A DNA stretch of 61,145 bases, the filler included, from Nemertoderma westbladi (Eukaryota; Animalia; Xenacoelomorpha): assembly GCA_032718475.1 (NCBI GenBank). It is 4 parts of 4 records of this genome, joined end to end, with 100 filler letters (N's around TTAATTAATTAA, not from the genome) between each part and the next. Parts side by side here need not be neighbours in the genome. Positions count along the whole stretch, not along the records: positions 1 to 19,313 come from JAUCBJ010002490.1; 3 more parts are not named here. The stretch is one strand, 5' to 3'. Position numbers and translations under genes: made by a program. Shown piece after piece: positions 1-13,700 of this stretch; position 1 is the stretch's first letter, and each line of letters opens with the position of its first letter. The notes beneath the pieces are model-generated. The model was not told the DNA's origin, did no database searches, and saw only the letters and a program-made list of their open reading frames with translations.

Positions 1-3
1 TTC

Positions 4-650
4 TGCTATTATTGCTATTATTGGAAGCGCTATTATTGGACGCGCTATTATTGGACGCGCTATTATTGGACGCGCTATTATTGGACGCGCTATTATTGGA
101 CGCGCTATTATTGGAAGCGCTATTATTGGACGCGCTATTATTGGACGCGCTATTATTGGACGCGCTATTATTGGACGCGCTATTATTGGAAGCGCTATTA
201 TTGGACGCGCTATTATTGGACGCGCTATTATTGGACGCGCTATTATTGGACGCGCTATTATTGGAAGCGCTATTATTGGACGCGCTATTATTGGACGCGC
301 TATTATTGGACGCGCTATTATTGGACGCGCTATTATTGGACGCGCTATTATTGGACGCGCTATTATTGGACGCGCTATTATTGGACGCGCTATTATTGGA
401 AGCGCTATTATTGGACGCGCTATTATTGGACGCGCTATTATTGGACGCGCTATTATTGGACGCGCTATTATTGGACGCGCTATTATTGGACGCCCTATTA
501 TTGGACGCGCTATTATTGGACGCGCTATTATTGGAAGCGCTATTATTGGACGCGCTATTATTGGACGCGCTATTATTGGAAGCGCTATTATTGTTCGCGC
601 TATTATTGGACGCGCTATTATTGGAAGCGCTAATACTGTCACTGCTATTA
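4..650. repeat. 15-bp minisatellite (GCTATTATTGGAC/AGC)n, about 41 copies, degenerating at the right end
   Basis: Near-perfect tandem units are directly visible. Degenerate units resume after the MITE at 1573. Confidence 0.97.
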
Positions 651-719
651 TTTGACTTGAATTACTGTCATTGCTATTTATGAACACAATATTACTGTCC
701 TATTGATATTTCTAGACAC

Positions 720-1572
720 CAGGGACAGGATACGAAACGATACGAAAATGGATCTTTGTATCGTATAATATGAATAATAAATTTTTGTAATTCGTATCGT
801 ATTTTCGTATCGAATTATTTTGTAAATATTAATGTTTTTAACTGGTTAAACCGGAAATCACACCACTTATTTCTTTAAAAAGTTTTTCTCAGAATTGGTG
901 TATAAAATAGTTTACAGCTTAAAGGCATTTTAGTGAGAAAATAAAAGAAATAAAACATAGTTTTATTCTATTAGTTTTACATCGAAATTGAAGTTTTGAA
1001 TTTTATTCCATATTAATACATCAAATTATTCATTTTGCATTAATAACGGCAGTAGGCCTAGGTACAGCAGTATAGTATGCATAAAGGCCATAAATGGGGC
1101 CAGGGCAGTTTTCGTTTCGGCACGAATGCTTTAAAGGGACCAGCCAGGGCGCATCTCTGCCTTGCATCCTTAAATGGTAGCTAAATGAGTACTGGTGTTT
1201 GCTCTGGGAGTATAGTTCTGGGGGGACCGCACTGGAAATAAGTCGTCAGACTTTGTGCGTACTCCCTGGCATTCACGTCATGGATTGCCTTAGTAAGCAT
1301 AGGCCTACTAGAATAACATTTAAATAAAAAAAATATTTGCCAGTAAGAGATTTCTATAAAATTATTTTGTAAAGTATGTAATACAAAATATTTTTATCAA
1401 CTCTTATAGAATACGATACGAAAAAAAATAAGAAAGTATTTTTGAATCGTATTTTTGATTTTTCGTATCGTATCGTATTTTCTGAAAATTGCATTCGAGT
1501 CGTATCGTATAGTGAAAAATTGGTTTATATATTATATATTTTAGTATCGTATCGAATCGTATACTGTCCCTG
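720..1572. mobile_element. hAT-type MITE
   Basis: TIRs CAGGGACAGGATACGA / TCGTATACTGTCCCTG, subterminal GATACGA repeats, and 8-bp TSD CTAGACAC (712-719) / CTAAACAC (1573-1580). Confidence 0.88.
1090..1332 (+). mobile_element. possible SINE body nested in the MITE
   Basis: GC-richer block containing TAAATGAGTACTGG (core-SINE-like by recollection) and ending in an A-rich tail. Confidence 0.3.
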
Positions 1573-3276
1573 CTAAACACGATATTTACTGTCATATTGC
1601 TATTATTGGACACGATGTTAATGTGCTACTGTTGAAATTAGATAAAAATGGTTTGGGGCCATTGTTTTGGGACATGGTATATTCTAATCCGGTCAACTAT
1701 ACGATTAAACATGACATTAACAAAATTACTATAATTGTACATGAGTGGCACTGACTGTGTAATATTAAATCCCAACTGGACACGCCCACCATCAGTATTA
1801 CAAGCGCTACAATCTCAATGAAATACAAAAGTATTGCATAGCAAATATAATCGATTAAACTGTACTAAATGCATATTATATACTTAAATAGAAATTTCGG
1901 TAGCTTATAAGAAGAATAAATTTCATTTTACCATAATAACATAGTTTACTATAAGACTCAATATTTCAATTATAAAATTAGTGAGCCGTGGTATCGCGAG
2001 AGGAAAAGGGCAAAAGTTAAAGAGCAAGATATAAGAGCAAAAGTTCGTATTACATGAAAATTACCCATATTTGATCCCTTGATGTGAGTCGGGGGAGGGG
2101 GGGGGGGGGGGATAATGGACGCAAATAAATATTATCTCGCCCAAATGTCCAATTTAACATTAACTGAAAGGAACAGGGGTTACAGTGGCACGTTATTCCA
2201 TTCTAACCATAAACTAAACACAATAGAACAGGCAACAGTTTTATTTTTGAGAGTAATCAACTAATGTGGAATTTACATAATTTCAACTCATTAACAATTA
2301 AATATTATTGTATCAGAATTGTAATTTAAATATATTTAAAAATAGTTGTAGAGTGTAATTGAAATAATGCGTTATTATTTCTTTATTTCAAACAAACTAA
2401 TTCATAGAAAAAATATATATATTTAGCTCCAAAATATAAGAAACACGGCAAAAATAACTAAATTACAATGTTTATATTATAGCACAATAAAAATGTTATT
2501 AGTAAGTGGGGATAATTGTAATATTATAATATTGGCAAACAATTCACACATAGATAATCTGTTAATAATGTAGAAACTTATTGGTATATTAGAACGACGG
2601 CGTATTTTCAAACGAGTTGAAATACCAAACCAACAGAAACAGGTTAGGTACATTTAAATCGAGCTAACATTATGTGATAATCAAATCGTGCAGTTGGAAA
2701 ATTCCACAATGTTCGAAAAGTTCGTTTATTGTTACAACCAAAATGAAGGAGGTATCAAATGCATTTAGTCTTTCCAAAAGCCAAAACTAAAATCTCCTTT
2801 AAATGATTGTCACATGAACTTTGCTTCTCTTGAAAAGCAGCTGTAATGAGTTAGGTTGTTTATAATAGTAAATTTGCTGGATTTGAATTCACTTGTCTCG
2901 CTCCAATGGTCGTGTGTTCGAGCCCTGTGTAAAGGATTTTCATTTTGATATGAATATGGCCCGAGAGCAGGTAGCGTAACCTTTTTAAATTCATTGAAAT
3001 ATTAACCAATTTTATTGTTTCAGACCAAATATTTTTTTATTTTGGGGGCACATCGACATTGTAGTGTGAAACTCGTGTCAACATAGATAGTGTTGTGCGG
3101 AGCCCGTGTAATGGGATGCGATTCTCAAAACTGTTTAGTCAAAAAGCCAAATTAGACTGATTTGTTGCGGAGATATTCATTGACATTCAATAATAGGGTT
3201 GGTGCGCGAAAAAATTGTTGGGCTAGAAACAAATGAATAAGGGGTGAGGAGGTGCCCTGAATCGAGTGGCGGGGTG

Positions 3277-4126
3277 TGTTTTTATTTAAAAACACGAGGA
3301 AACGGTCGAAATGGCGGGTTTAAGTAAGCGCGGGAAGCCAATTTTGAAAATCGGCTGTGATTGGCTGCTACATATTTGACGTCCTTATGCAGTGCTCTAA
3401 TCATTTTTTAACTTGGTTTCTATGGAGAGAGATTTTCAATCGATTTAAATACACATTAAATCTCAATCATTTCACACGCGGCTTATATCAATTGAAAGCG
3501 GAGAGTCTTGCGCTTCTTTTGACACTACAATTAATGAAAGTCATAAAGGGTAAGATTAATAAAATTATGTTTACAATTACAAACTTGGCAGATTGCCTGA
3601 CCGGTATGTAAGCACTCAGCCTAATGCAGTTTCTGAGTATAGCAGATTTACTTCATTAAGTTGGGTTTACCGGCGACATTTTTAATATTCAAGTAGCCTA
3701 CTGCCAATTATTACTGTCTTATAGTACCGGCTGACCGGTATTACAAGTTTAGTGTTATTTTATATCGAATCTACCCTCAATACAGATTGGAATTCAGTAC
3801 CGGTATTGCTGCTGGAAATACAGCTGAATACATATATTTATCAGTGTTCCTCATCATGAATTTATTTAATTGTAGTGTCAAAAGGCGCGCAAGACTCTCT
3901 CTCCTCTTTCAATTGATATAAGTCACGTGTGAAATGATTGAGATTAAATGTGTTTTGAATCGATCGAAAATCTCTCTCCATAGAAACCAAGATAAAAAAT
4001 TATCAGATCACTGCGTAATGACGTCAAATATGTAGCAGCCAATCACAGCCGATTTTCAAAATTGGCTTCCCGGGCTTACTTAAACCCGCCACATCGACCT
4101 TTTCCTCGTGTTTTTACAAAAAACAA
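3277..4126. mobile_element. foldback element / long inverted repeat with about 260-bp arms
   Basis: 3277-3535 is a diverged reverse complement of 3866-4126 (e.g. GAAGCCAATTTTGAAAATCGGCTGTGATTGGCTGCTAC and its complement). No clear TSD. Confidence 0.85.
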
Positions 4127-5272
4127 AGCATATTAAAGCACAACGATGTATAGCGTTTTCAGAGCTAAACAATTGGCGTTTGAAAATGATATAATTTCAC
4201 TCAGGTCGTCGTTATCAATATCTTTAGTTTATATGATTTGTATTTAAATGGCCTACAAATATTTTTCATTCATTAAAATTAAAATAGATGTAATTGACGA
4301 CAGAGTTACAGAGAGAGAAAAGCCACAGCAAAGCAACTCGATTTTAGTGGAAAGGTTGCCACACATTAGTGTTCTCAAACGGGCCGGTAAAAAAGGTGAT
4401 CTCGATTTTTGGATCGGGAAGGGAAGTTGTAAGAGTGAAGTGAACGGTTGAATTACAAAATAATAAATAAAAAATAATCTTTTATTATTATATTTTTGGT
4501 TACACACAGGGTGTTATTCAAAATTTGCCACCATTTCTGAAACTGAAAAGATTAACTTATTGCATAAGGTCTGAAGTTTAAACAATGGTGTGTTGTTCAT
4601 TTATGAGTGATTACATTTGTATTTAGAGGGTTACATTTATATAGTATAATTTAATAAAGTACCTTCAATATTATTATTAGAATTTAATAAATGAAATAAA
4701 CATTAAATTGAATAGTAATGTCTGAGCGATGGCGATGTCATATCATTAGATGATAACATCGTATAACTCAGATTTACTTTGAAGAAACTTTCAGTTTTAA
4801 ACTTAATAACTTTCATGTTTGGTTACGATATTGCAGTAAGAGTCATCAAAGGCAACAATTATTAAATAACAAACCATAACATACAACGTTTTCGAGTGAA
4901 TGTAATACGGGAGCTTTTAATGACAACATTTTTAATTTAAACAGACTGAAGAAAGTATCAATGCAGAAACAAATATAAATGAACACACTTTATTTACTTA
5001 TGTCAAAAAAGGTAAGTAAAAAACATTATGTATGGCCTATAACCGTATTGTTAACCATGGATAACCCAATTTAGCCGAATAATTCCATCATCGGAAAATA
5101 TTTCTGAGTTTTTATTTACTTGTCCACATTCCCATGTACATAAATATTTAGCGATTTAATTTTACAAAAATAATTGGAATTAATTTAAAAAAATACATAA
5201 ATATTACTATTGAATATCCCACCGGTATATCCCTGGCAATTATAAACAAATCAAAGTTTTACAATAAGGCTC

Positions 5273-8200
5273 TCACTGCAGCACCAACTTAATAGCCTTC
5301 TCCAAAGTCAAGCGATGACCAAGTTTGGTAACACCCAACTCAATCAAGTCATCTTTGCTTAGGTTTAATAAATGACCCCCCTCAATATCGTTGTCTAGAA
5401 ATGTTTGCGAATACTGACCCAAACCTAGTTTTTTGAGCCATTCGGACACCTGCTGTGGAGTCCAAGTATCCATGGGTGACGTCAGCGTTTCCATAGGTGA
5501 CGTCAATGTGTCCATAGGTAACGTCAATGCATCCGCAGGTGACGTAGAAGTGTCTATAGGTAAAGCCGACTCCGCTGTATATGGGTGGACATTCAGCACC
5601 GGCGCGGAAGGTTGTGTTGGAGCGGCGGCTAATAGAGACCAGGTTGCAGTGCTAGTAGCTGGTGCTACGGAAACACTCGCCCTGGTGTGCGGCGACACGG
5701 TCTGCACTCTAGCAGGCAGAGCAATGCCGAAAACAACTGACGACGATTTTACGGTAGTGGAATTAACCGGCGCTTTCGGCTTAGATTCAACACCGATTGC
5801 GGAATCACCACTGTTCATATTACTAACCACTGAATCATTCTCTTTCAAGGAGGACTTGGCGCTATTACGAAATATATTTCCAGTTTTATATTTACCTGTA
5901 TTATTAGCTGCAGCAACATTATAGGATTTAATGTTATCATTCTCAGGTTCCAAACGAAGGCTCTCTGGAAGGACATGGGTAGGTGGGTTTGTTTCCTTAG
6001 ACTCATCAAGGGATAACATATTTACCATTATAGAGGATATTTTCGGCGGTGGTGGAACAATTAATGACAAAATATGTTCCTGAGTTAGTAACTGCGTGGG
6101 TGCAAGAGAAGTTGGCTTACGAGCAGCATGTCCTCCACGTTGATCTGTTACATTTGTAGACAACTTAGATTTTCCGATTTCCGGTGATGTTTTTAGAACA
6201 CGAGATGTCTTCCCGATATCATGTGGAGGAACACCAGATGTTTTCCTCATATCTGGTGGAGGAACACCAGATATTTTCCCAATTTCTGGTGGAGGAACAC
6301 CAGATATTTTCCCGATATCTGGTGGAGGAACACCAGATGTTTTCCTGATATCTGGTGGATGAACACCAGATGTTTTCGAAATATCTGGTGGATGAACACC
6401 AGATATTTTCCCGATATCTGGTGGAGGAACACTAGATGTTTTCCTCATATCTGGTGGAGGAACACCAGATGTTTTCCCGATATCTGGTGGATGAACACCA
6501 GATATTTTCCCGATATCTGGTGGAGGAACACCAGATGTTTTCCCAATATCTGGTGGAGGAACTTCAGATGTTTTCCTCATATCTTGTGGAGCAACACCAT
6601 ATATTTTTCCGATATGTGGTGGAGGAACACCATATGATTGCCTGAAATCTGGTGGGGATACAACAGGAGTTTTGCCGATATCTGGTGGAGGAACACCATA
6701 TATTTTCCCGATATCTGGTGGAGGAACACAAGATGTTTTCCCGACATCTGGTGGAGGAACACCAGATGTTTTCCCGATATCTGGTGATGATAGAACAGGA
6801 GTTTTGTCGATATCTGGCTTAGGAACACCAGATGTTTTCCTGCTATCTGGTGGGGGAACACCAGATGTTTTCCTGCTATCTGGTGAAACACCAGATATTT
6901 TCCCAATTTCTGGTGGAGGAACACAAGATGTTTTCCCGACATCTGGTGGAGGAACACCAGATGTTTTCCCAATATCTGGTGGAGGAACACCATATGTTTT
7001 CCCGACATCTGGTGGAGGAACACCAGATGTTTTCCCAATATCTGGTGGAGGAACACCATATGTTTTCCCGATATCTGGTGGAGGAACACCAGATATTTTA
7101 CCGATATCTGGTGGAGGAACACCATATGTTTTCATGATATCTGGTGATGATACAACAGGAGTTTTGCCGATATCCGGTGGTGATACATGAATGGTGATAC
7201 AACTTTTGCCGATTTCTGGGGATGGTAAATCAAACCCTTCCCCGATATATGTTGATGGCACGTAAGATATTTTGCCAATATCCTTTGATGTTGTACCAGA
7301 AATTTTATTGCTATCCTTTGGTGGAACAACAGATAGTTTGGTTTCCCCGACAACCAAGCCGCTATCTTCACAACCCAAAACCGGTAGAACATTGTCTGCA
7401 ACAACAACTCCGTTAACGTTAACATCGGCTGTATCTGTAGATGGAATAATATCTGTTTTAAAACAATTAGCAATACTATTATTAACGACACAAGTAGCAG
7501 GAATTGTATTTGGTTTTACATTTAAACATTTATGCTTTGGTAGACCTGTTTCTATACAACTTTCTGGGATATTAACGTCACTAGCAACGATTTCTGTTTC
7601 AGTTATTCCTACGTTGTGAACCAAATGTTTGTCTGACCCTAGTTTGTGATTCCGTGCAGGGATGACATTTACATTACCATGCAGAGATTCATGCTGTGAT
7701 TTTATTGATGGTATTAATGCAGTTAATGGAAATGACATAGAAGATGAAATACAATCAGATGGCAATAATTCAACAGTAGATGGGCATACAGGTGATGGAG
7801 AAGTAAATATTGTGCTAATAGAGAGACTCGTTACATTACTAGAAATCGGTGATGAATAAACTGGTTGTGTAGAAGAAAAAGTACTAGATATGCTGGGATC
7901 AGAGATGCTTGACTTTGAGATTGATGATGATGGATTATTAATTAAATTTGGCAAAGTGACATCTCCGACTGAGACAGATTGATCATTGGTATCTGATGAC
8001 AATCTTGACTTAGATTTTGCCAAAGGGCGGATGACTTTAGTATGATCAGATTTGACTTTAGTAACATCTGGTGCATTCAATATCTTATATTTAGATGAGT
8101 TAACTTTACCTGCTTTTTGAACCATTGAGTTTTTCGTAATGCACCGAGCTTTTGGTTCTGAGTTTCCAGCTAAAATGGACTCGAGAATAGAGCGTTTCCT

Positions 8201-10798
8201 TTGGAAAGCATCCTGAGTTTCCAATACGTTATCCGACTCGTCAGCAGCCTCAGTTAATTTGGATTGTTCGGACCGCCTATATCGCAATTTATCATCGATC
8301 GTCAAAATGGAATGCTTCTGATTTGTAGCAAACCTTTCAATAGCTGCTTCCAGAGATTCCCCTGGAAATTTACTGTTGGATTGAACAACTACGTCATTGA
8401 CAACAGTAAGCGAATTACAGGTAGTCGTGCTACATAATTGTGGTTGTGACATGCGGTTGTCGAGACTATCACCTTCATTCAATTTAAGATTGGGATGCAT
8501 GCTAACATTAAGGGTTGTGCTACTACTAGTGCAACGGAGTTGCGTATGTGCATCAGTAGAAGATAATGGAACATTAACATTAGAAATGGTATCACAAACA
8601 GGTGTACAATGAGCTGACCTTTGAGGCATAAATGTATCATCATCAGACCAATTCGATGAATCATCCCCTCCGTTACCGCTTTCATCGTCGGTGGAGTTGT
8701 CACGCCTCGATATCACGGCGCGATCGAGAACGTCAAACAGAGTCGAACCTCTACTTCGTTCTCCACCCTCCGTCATCGCACGACTTCGAGCGGACAACGC
8801 AATCTCAAGTGCTGATTTTTGAATGTCCTCATCAGATGGATTCGCAATAGGTGTTGGTTTAACTTCATATAGTTTATCCATTCGGGCCTGCCTACCTTTA
8901 GCAGCCAAACGTATTTGATCAGCGAGAGTTATGGATTCAACGCCAATAGCTTCTGTGATTGAATCCACTCCATCACCAGGATCTTTACTCCGCCGTGAGA
9001 CTGAGCCGATCATACTCGCTACTCCACCGCTAGCACTACTAGATGTCAATGTTGAGCTATAACTAGAATCACAAACACTAGGACCAGTGTTAGAGTTCGC
9101 AATATCTTCATCCTCAATAAAACTCGTCTCAGTAATAGAATGTGTTGGCCTCAACGCCTTCGAATAATCAGGAAGATCAGTGGAAGACCTCCGCCGAGGA
9201 AAGGAATTAATAGCAACAAAGTCATTGGATTCGGTTGATGGAAGACTACCTTTACGGGAAGCTGTTACTTGTTTGAGTTTAGAACGAATTTCATCCTGTG
9301 AGATTGGAATGGGAATATGTTGCATTTTTGTGTGTGGTCGTCCATTATACGTGAAGGTAGAGAGGCCAGAATCACAGGATCCATTGCTAAATGTAACTCG
9401 GGATAGTTTATCTGGTGCGGTTGGCGGGGCAGGCGGGGGTTTCCGCATCGTCTTAGACGTTGCGCGCGCGTTGGAGTTGCCATTTTGTAAAATCGTTTGA
9501 GATCGGGAGCTCAATGGCGTGGAGGACACTGAATCTATTGCCATGACACTTCCCCTCAATGTATTATCCGTGGAATCGGAGTCATCCCCTTCCTCGGGGT
9601 CAGCGGGATCTCGTAGACTGGGCGAGGATTGCCACTTATTTACACCACCTAGAGTAAAGAGCGACGGGTCGCTCGGTAGGATGGAGTCAACCGATTGCTG
9701 TTGGCGAAAAAAATCCGAAATCTCGATAGCAGAAATTCGACGGGAGTTAGGACGGGAGCGAATACTGGCGACGCTAATGCGATCGTCCTCGTCTGCGGCC
9801 TGCTGCTCCTGTGCTAATTTGTATATATTACCCATCGAACTAAACTCGAGATTTTTAGCTTTTGATTTGCTAAGAGAGCCGCCACTACGCATGCGGCCGA
9901 ACAGTCCCCTCAGTGGTGGAATTGGACTGGGAGGCTTTCTCGGAGGTACAGTCCCGCTTGCGATCCTGGTTGAGACAGCGTTATTTGGAACGGTAATTAT
10001 AGACATATGCAAACTGCTCCTTGGGTCTTTCACCTTAATGTACTCAACTACCTGAAGATGGGTCCAACAACGGGCATCTTTCCCATCCAGTTCCAGAAGG
10101 AAGTCACCAGCTCGCACACCGGCTCGTTCAGCCGGACTATTTTTATCGACAATGTCGAAATATTGTAGAGCTGGAAATTCTGGTGTTGGATCAAAATTCG
10201 GTACTGCCATATTAGCTCCGCGAAGAATGAACCCAAAACCCTTCTTATCTTTGCGAGATAACGTTACTTGTCGCGAAACGTAATCTATTTTAATGCTGCT
10301 ATTTTTTACTGAAGATACACTCGACTTTCTGCGACTTCTCGCGGCGCTCGGTCCGCTGATGCTACCGGACTTCTTGGTTCGCGCCACCGGTGGCGGTGCC
10401 ACTGACGCCGACGTTACTTCCTCGACGCAGTAGGACGGAAACCAACCGGTGCGACCATTCGCTGTGCCTTCCCAATAACCACGGGCCCCAACGGCGAACA
10501 CCGAGACCGGCATACCTAACGCCAACGGCAACTCATCAATTTCATCGGGTAAGTAAGAGAGAATAGCGACGAACCACCGCCCCGGGATGAAGTCAAACAG
10601 ACGGGTTTTACACGGGATCAGGTTGTTAACCTCAGTAACGCAACCGCCATTACGCAGGCGAATATCGTCGATGTACAAGGGTCTTTCAGTAAATGGTTTT
10701 ATTACTCTCTCTTGTTGGCGAATTAATTCTACTACGGCGGAATGGCCAGCTAGAACGGCGATCTCCTCTGCTGTTTGGTTATAATTATTCAAAACTTC
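5273..10798 (-). CDS. SHANK: Shank/ProSAP exon 4: last ankyrin repeat, SH3, PDZ, Pro/Ser-rich region, SAM
   Basis: Acceptor ttttttAG|GAA GTT TTG (phase 0). SH3 GYWEG..GRTGWFPSYCVEEV, PDZ GFGFILRG..FPALQY, C-terminal SAM WTPQQVSEWLKKLGLGQY..LGVTKLGHR. Confidence 0.97.
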   Translation of the reverse strand, partial: EVLNNYNQTAEEIAVLAGHSAVVELIRQQERVIKPFTERPLYIDDIRLRNGGCVTEVNNLIPCKTRLFDFIPGRWFVAILSYLPDEIDELPLALGMPVSVFAVGARGYWEGTANGRTGWFPSYCVEEVTSASVAPPPVARTKKSGSISGPSAARSRRKSSVSSVKNSSIKIDYVSRQVTLSRKDKKGFGFILRGANMAVPNFDPTPEFPALQYFDIVDKNSPAERAGVRAGDFLLELDGKDARCWTHLQVVEYIKVKDPRSSLHMSIITVPNNAVSTRIASGTVPPRKPPSPIPPLRGLFGRMRSGGSLSKSKAKNLEFSSMGNIYKLAQEQQAADEDDRISVASIRSRPNSRRISAIEISDFFRQQQSVDSILPSDPSLFTLGGVNKWQSSPSLRDPADPEEGDDSDSTDNTLRGSVMAIDSVSSTPLSSRSQTILQNGNSNARATSKTMRKPPPAPPTAPDKLSRVTFSNGSCDSGLSTFTYNGRPHTKMQHIPIPISQDEIRSKLKQVTASRKGSLPSTESNDFVAINSFPRRRSSTDLPDYSKALRPTHSITETSFIEDEDIANSNTGPSVCDSSYSSTLTSSSASGGVASMIGSVSRRSKDPGDGVDSITEAIGVESITLADQIRLAAKGRQARMDKLYEVKPTPIANPSDEDIQKSALEIALSARSRAMTEGGERSRGSTLFDVLDRAVISRRDNSTDDESGNGGDDSSNWSDDDTFMPQRSAHCTPVCDTISNVNVPLSSTDAHTQLRCTSSSTTLNVSMHPNLKLNEGDSLDNRMSQPQLCSTTTCNSLTVVNDVVVQSNSKFPGESLEAAIERFATNQKHSILTIDDKLRYRRSEQSKLTEAADESDNVLETQDAFQRKRSILESILAGNSEPKARCITKNSMVQKAGKVNSSKYKILNAPDVTKVKSDHTKVIRPLAKSKSRLSSDTNDQSVSVGDVTLPNLINNPSSSISKSSISDPSISSTFSSTQPVYSSPISSNVTSLSISTIFTSPSPVCPSTVELLPSDCISSSMSFPLTALIPSIKSQHESLHGNVNVIPARNHKLGSDKHLVHNVGITETEIVASDVNIPESCIETGLPKHKCLNVKPNTIPATCVVNNSIANCFKTDIIPSTDTADVNVNGVVVADNVLPVLGCEDSGLVVGETKLSVVPPKDSNKISGTTSKDIGKISYVPSTYIGEGFDLPSPEIGKSCITIHVSPPDIGKTPVVSSPDIMKTYGVPPPDIGKISGVPPPDIGKTYGVPPPDIGKTSGVPPPDVGKTYGVPPPDIGKTSGVPPPDVGKTSCVPPPEIGKISGVSPDSRKTSGVPPPDSRKTSGVPKPDIDKTPVLSSPDIGKTSGVPPPDVGKTSCVPPPDIGKIYGVPPPDIGKTPVVSPPDFRQSYGVPPPHIGKIYGVAPQDMRKTSEVPPPDIGKTSGVPPPDIGKISGVHPPDIGKTSGVPPPDMRKTSSVPPPDIGKISGVHPPDISKTSGVHPPDIRKTSGVPPPDIGKISGVPPPEIGKISGVPPPDMRKTSGVPPHDIGKTSRVLKTSPEIGKSKLSTNVTDQRGGHAARKPTSLAPTQLLTQEHILSLIVPPPPKISSIMVNMLSLDESKETNPPTHVLPESLRLEPENDNIKSYNVAAANNTGKYKTGNIFRNSAKSSLKENDSVVSNMNSGDSAIGVESKPKAPVNSTTVKSSSVVFGIALPARVQTVSPHTRASVSVAPATSTATWSLLAAAPTQPSAPVLNVHPYTAESALPIDTSTSPADALTLPMDTLTSPMETLTSPMDTWTPQQVSEWLKKLGLGQYSQTFLDNDIEGGHLLNLSKDDLIELGVTKLGHRLTLEKAIKLVLQ
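6180..7230 (-). repeat. coding 33-bp minisatellite encoding about 30 x GVPPPDIGKTS in Shank
   Basis: Unit ggtgttcctccaccagatatcgggaaaacatct, with the reading frame preserved throughout. Confidence 0.95.
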
Positions 10799-11790
10799 CT
10801 AAAAAACAAATGCAAACTGCGAATTAGTTATGTTTCGAAATATTTCGCTATAGTTAATTGTACATTTTTTATTAATAAAACAAAAAAATAAAATATTGCG
10901 CCCATATTTTTGCCACGTCATTGTGCGACACCCCCCCCCCCCCCCCCCCCAAATTGCTCTATAAATCATTATCATATTGCATATTAAAAATCTAAAATTC
11001 TTGAACTATAATTGCGTTTCAAATGTGAAGCTATATGATAAATATTTGTAGTAAAATATCAGAGGGGTTGAGGGTCAGCAGATTATCATCAGATTATGAC
11101 TCTATATTACGGGTCACGTGGTGTGTTTAATAATTCTTTATTCAATGGTAAATAATGTAGAAAATAACTTTCACTATATTCAAGATATTTTATTTACCGA
11201 GCGTAGCGAGGTTAATAAAGAATCGAGAGCAGAGAGAAAATATGTTCCACAATTGGTGTTGGATCCAAATCCAAAATTCAATAATTTTACATCAATAGGA
11301 AACCAAAATATACACCATGTCCTGGAATAGAGTGTCTTTACTCAGTGAACTTCGACCCCTCACCCCAAATTTGTCTACAAATCTTAATGAGATTGCTTTA
11401 AAATTTGAACACAGATAGTTTCACCTCCCTCCTCGTTAGTGGGTGAGCCCGAATTTTTCTTTTCGCATGCAAGGCGCGTTTAAAAAGGTGGCCCGACGAT
11501 ATTGCACCAATTACACTGCACAGCTATTCTTCAACCTTATATAGTGACTTGTTGGTCATGGTACTGTTTAAAAGATGGCCTAAGTAAGATTTTAAATATG
11601 TAACACAGTCTGATTTTCGTCGCAACATAGCTGATATATGGCCATTTGAATGTTGCAAGGTTTTGAATTTGCGCGAGTCTTTTTATTCTATTTAATAAAT
11701 GTACTTAGCTGGAGGTGTTAGAAATAAATGACACCTAAAATCAATACAGCAAGTCATAATTTCCTTGCAGTGGCATTATATTATTTTTAA

Positions 11791-12689
<899 letters not shown>

Positions 12690-13129
12690 TTAATATGTCG
12701 TAAAAAAATTTATATATTTTAAAATTGGATGCAACTTATAATTACCGAGATATAACAATTTACATGTGCCAAATTTTATTCATTCCCCATCCCCATGCAG
12801 CATATTGTGCAATTAATTATAATTTGCTACGTATTCTTCCCTGCTGTTCCATTTGCAAATTTATGTAGAATTTCAATAAATGTGCTCCGTAAAATAAAGG
12901 TAACAGTTCCACATAACACTACATTTTTATAAAATAAATTATTGTTACCATGGCAACATTGTAGTGTTCTAGAATAAAATATTAATATTATACACTATTC
13001 TAGAACATAAATAAAATAAAAAATATAATGTTCTAGAACATATAGTTAGTTATTTTTCAAATTTAAAATGGCTAGTAACTAAAAAAATATTCGAAAAATT
13101 TGTGAAGTGCGAAATGCACAAAAGTCAAA

Positions 13130-13700
13130 TTAAGGCAAATAAAAGACAGGTACAGCAGTAAGCCCAAACGTGGTGGAACCATCGTAGAGTGATCCGATAG
13201 CTGCAATAATTTTCTCAGGAAACCCATATGCTGCCAGTATGCTGAACATTCGTGGTCGGGAGACTGAGTCGAAGGCTTCAACAACGATGATAGCTTGTCT
13301 ATCTGTCATTGTTGAGGAGTTTTCAAAGTGAGCCTTCAAATCCAACCATTGAGGCGATCGGCTAAGGTAATTCTGAAATTGGCATCAACCTGTTGGTTTA
13401 TAAGCTCCTGCAGATTAACAACATAATCCCTACTCAGGGACCTAAATGCAGCCTTAACTGCATTCTTGGCCGTGGTAGTCTGTTTGAGTCGAGACTCCTT
13501 GTGCGCCTTAAAGAGGTCATTTCGGCACTTCCGAATTTTGCGGTCAGTCCAGGGAGCATTATTTCTGTTTCGAGGGTATACAGGAACTGTTTCTGCATAG
13601 CTGATAACTTAACTGCTTTTGCAGTAATAGCCCTCGCAGTGATCTGGCGCCTCAGAGGCAAGAGCCTCATACCTGTGGCTATTTTTTATGAATGTCATAG
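13130..13700 (-). mobile_element. degraded RTE-like LINE fragment
   Basis: AFDSVSRPRMFSILAAYGFPEKIIAAIGSLYDGSTTF is clearly related to the RT at 30352-31758. Confidence 0.8.

Noticed and set aside
12-683. 223-aa LLLDA-repeat ORF
   Set aside because: Artefact of a stop-free 15-bp minisatellite with no real ATG; the array's degenerate flank is interrupted by a MITE.
5433-10784. Many short ORFs overlapping Shank exon 4
   Set aside because: Antisense or alternative-frame shadows of the coding sequence and its 33-bp repeat.
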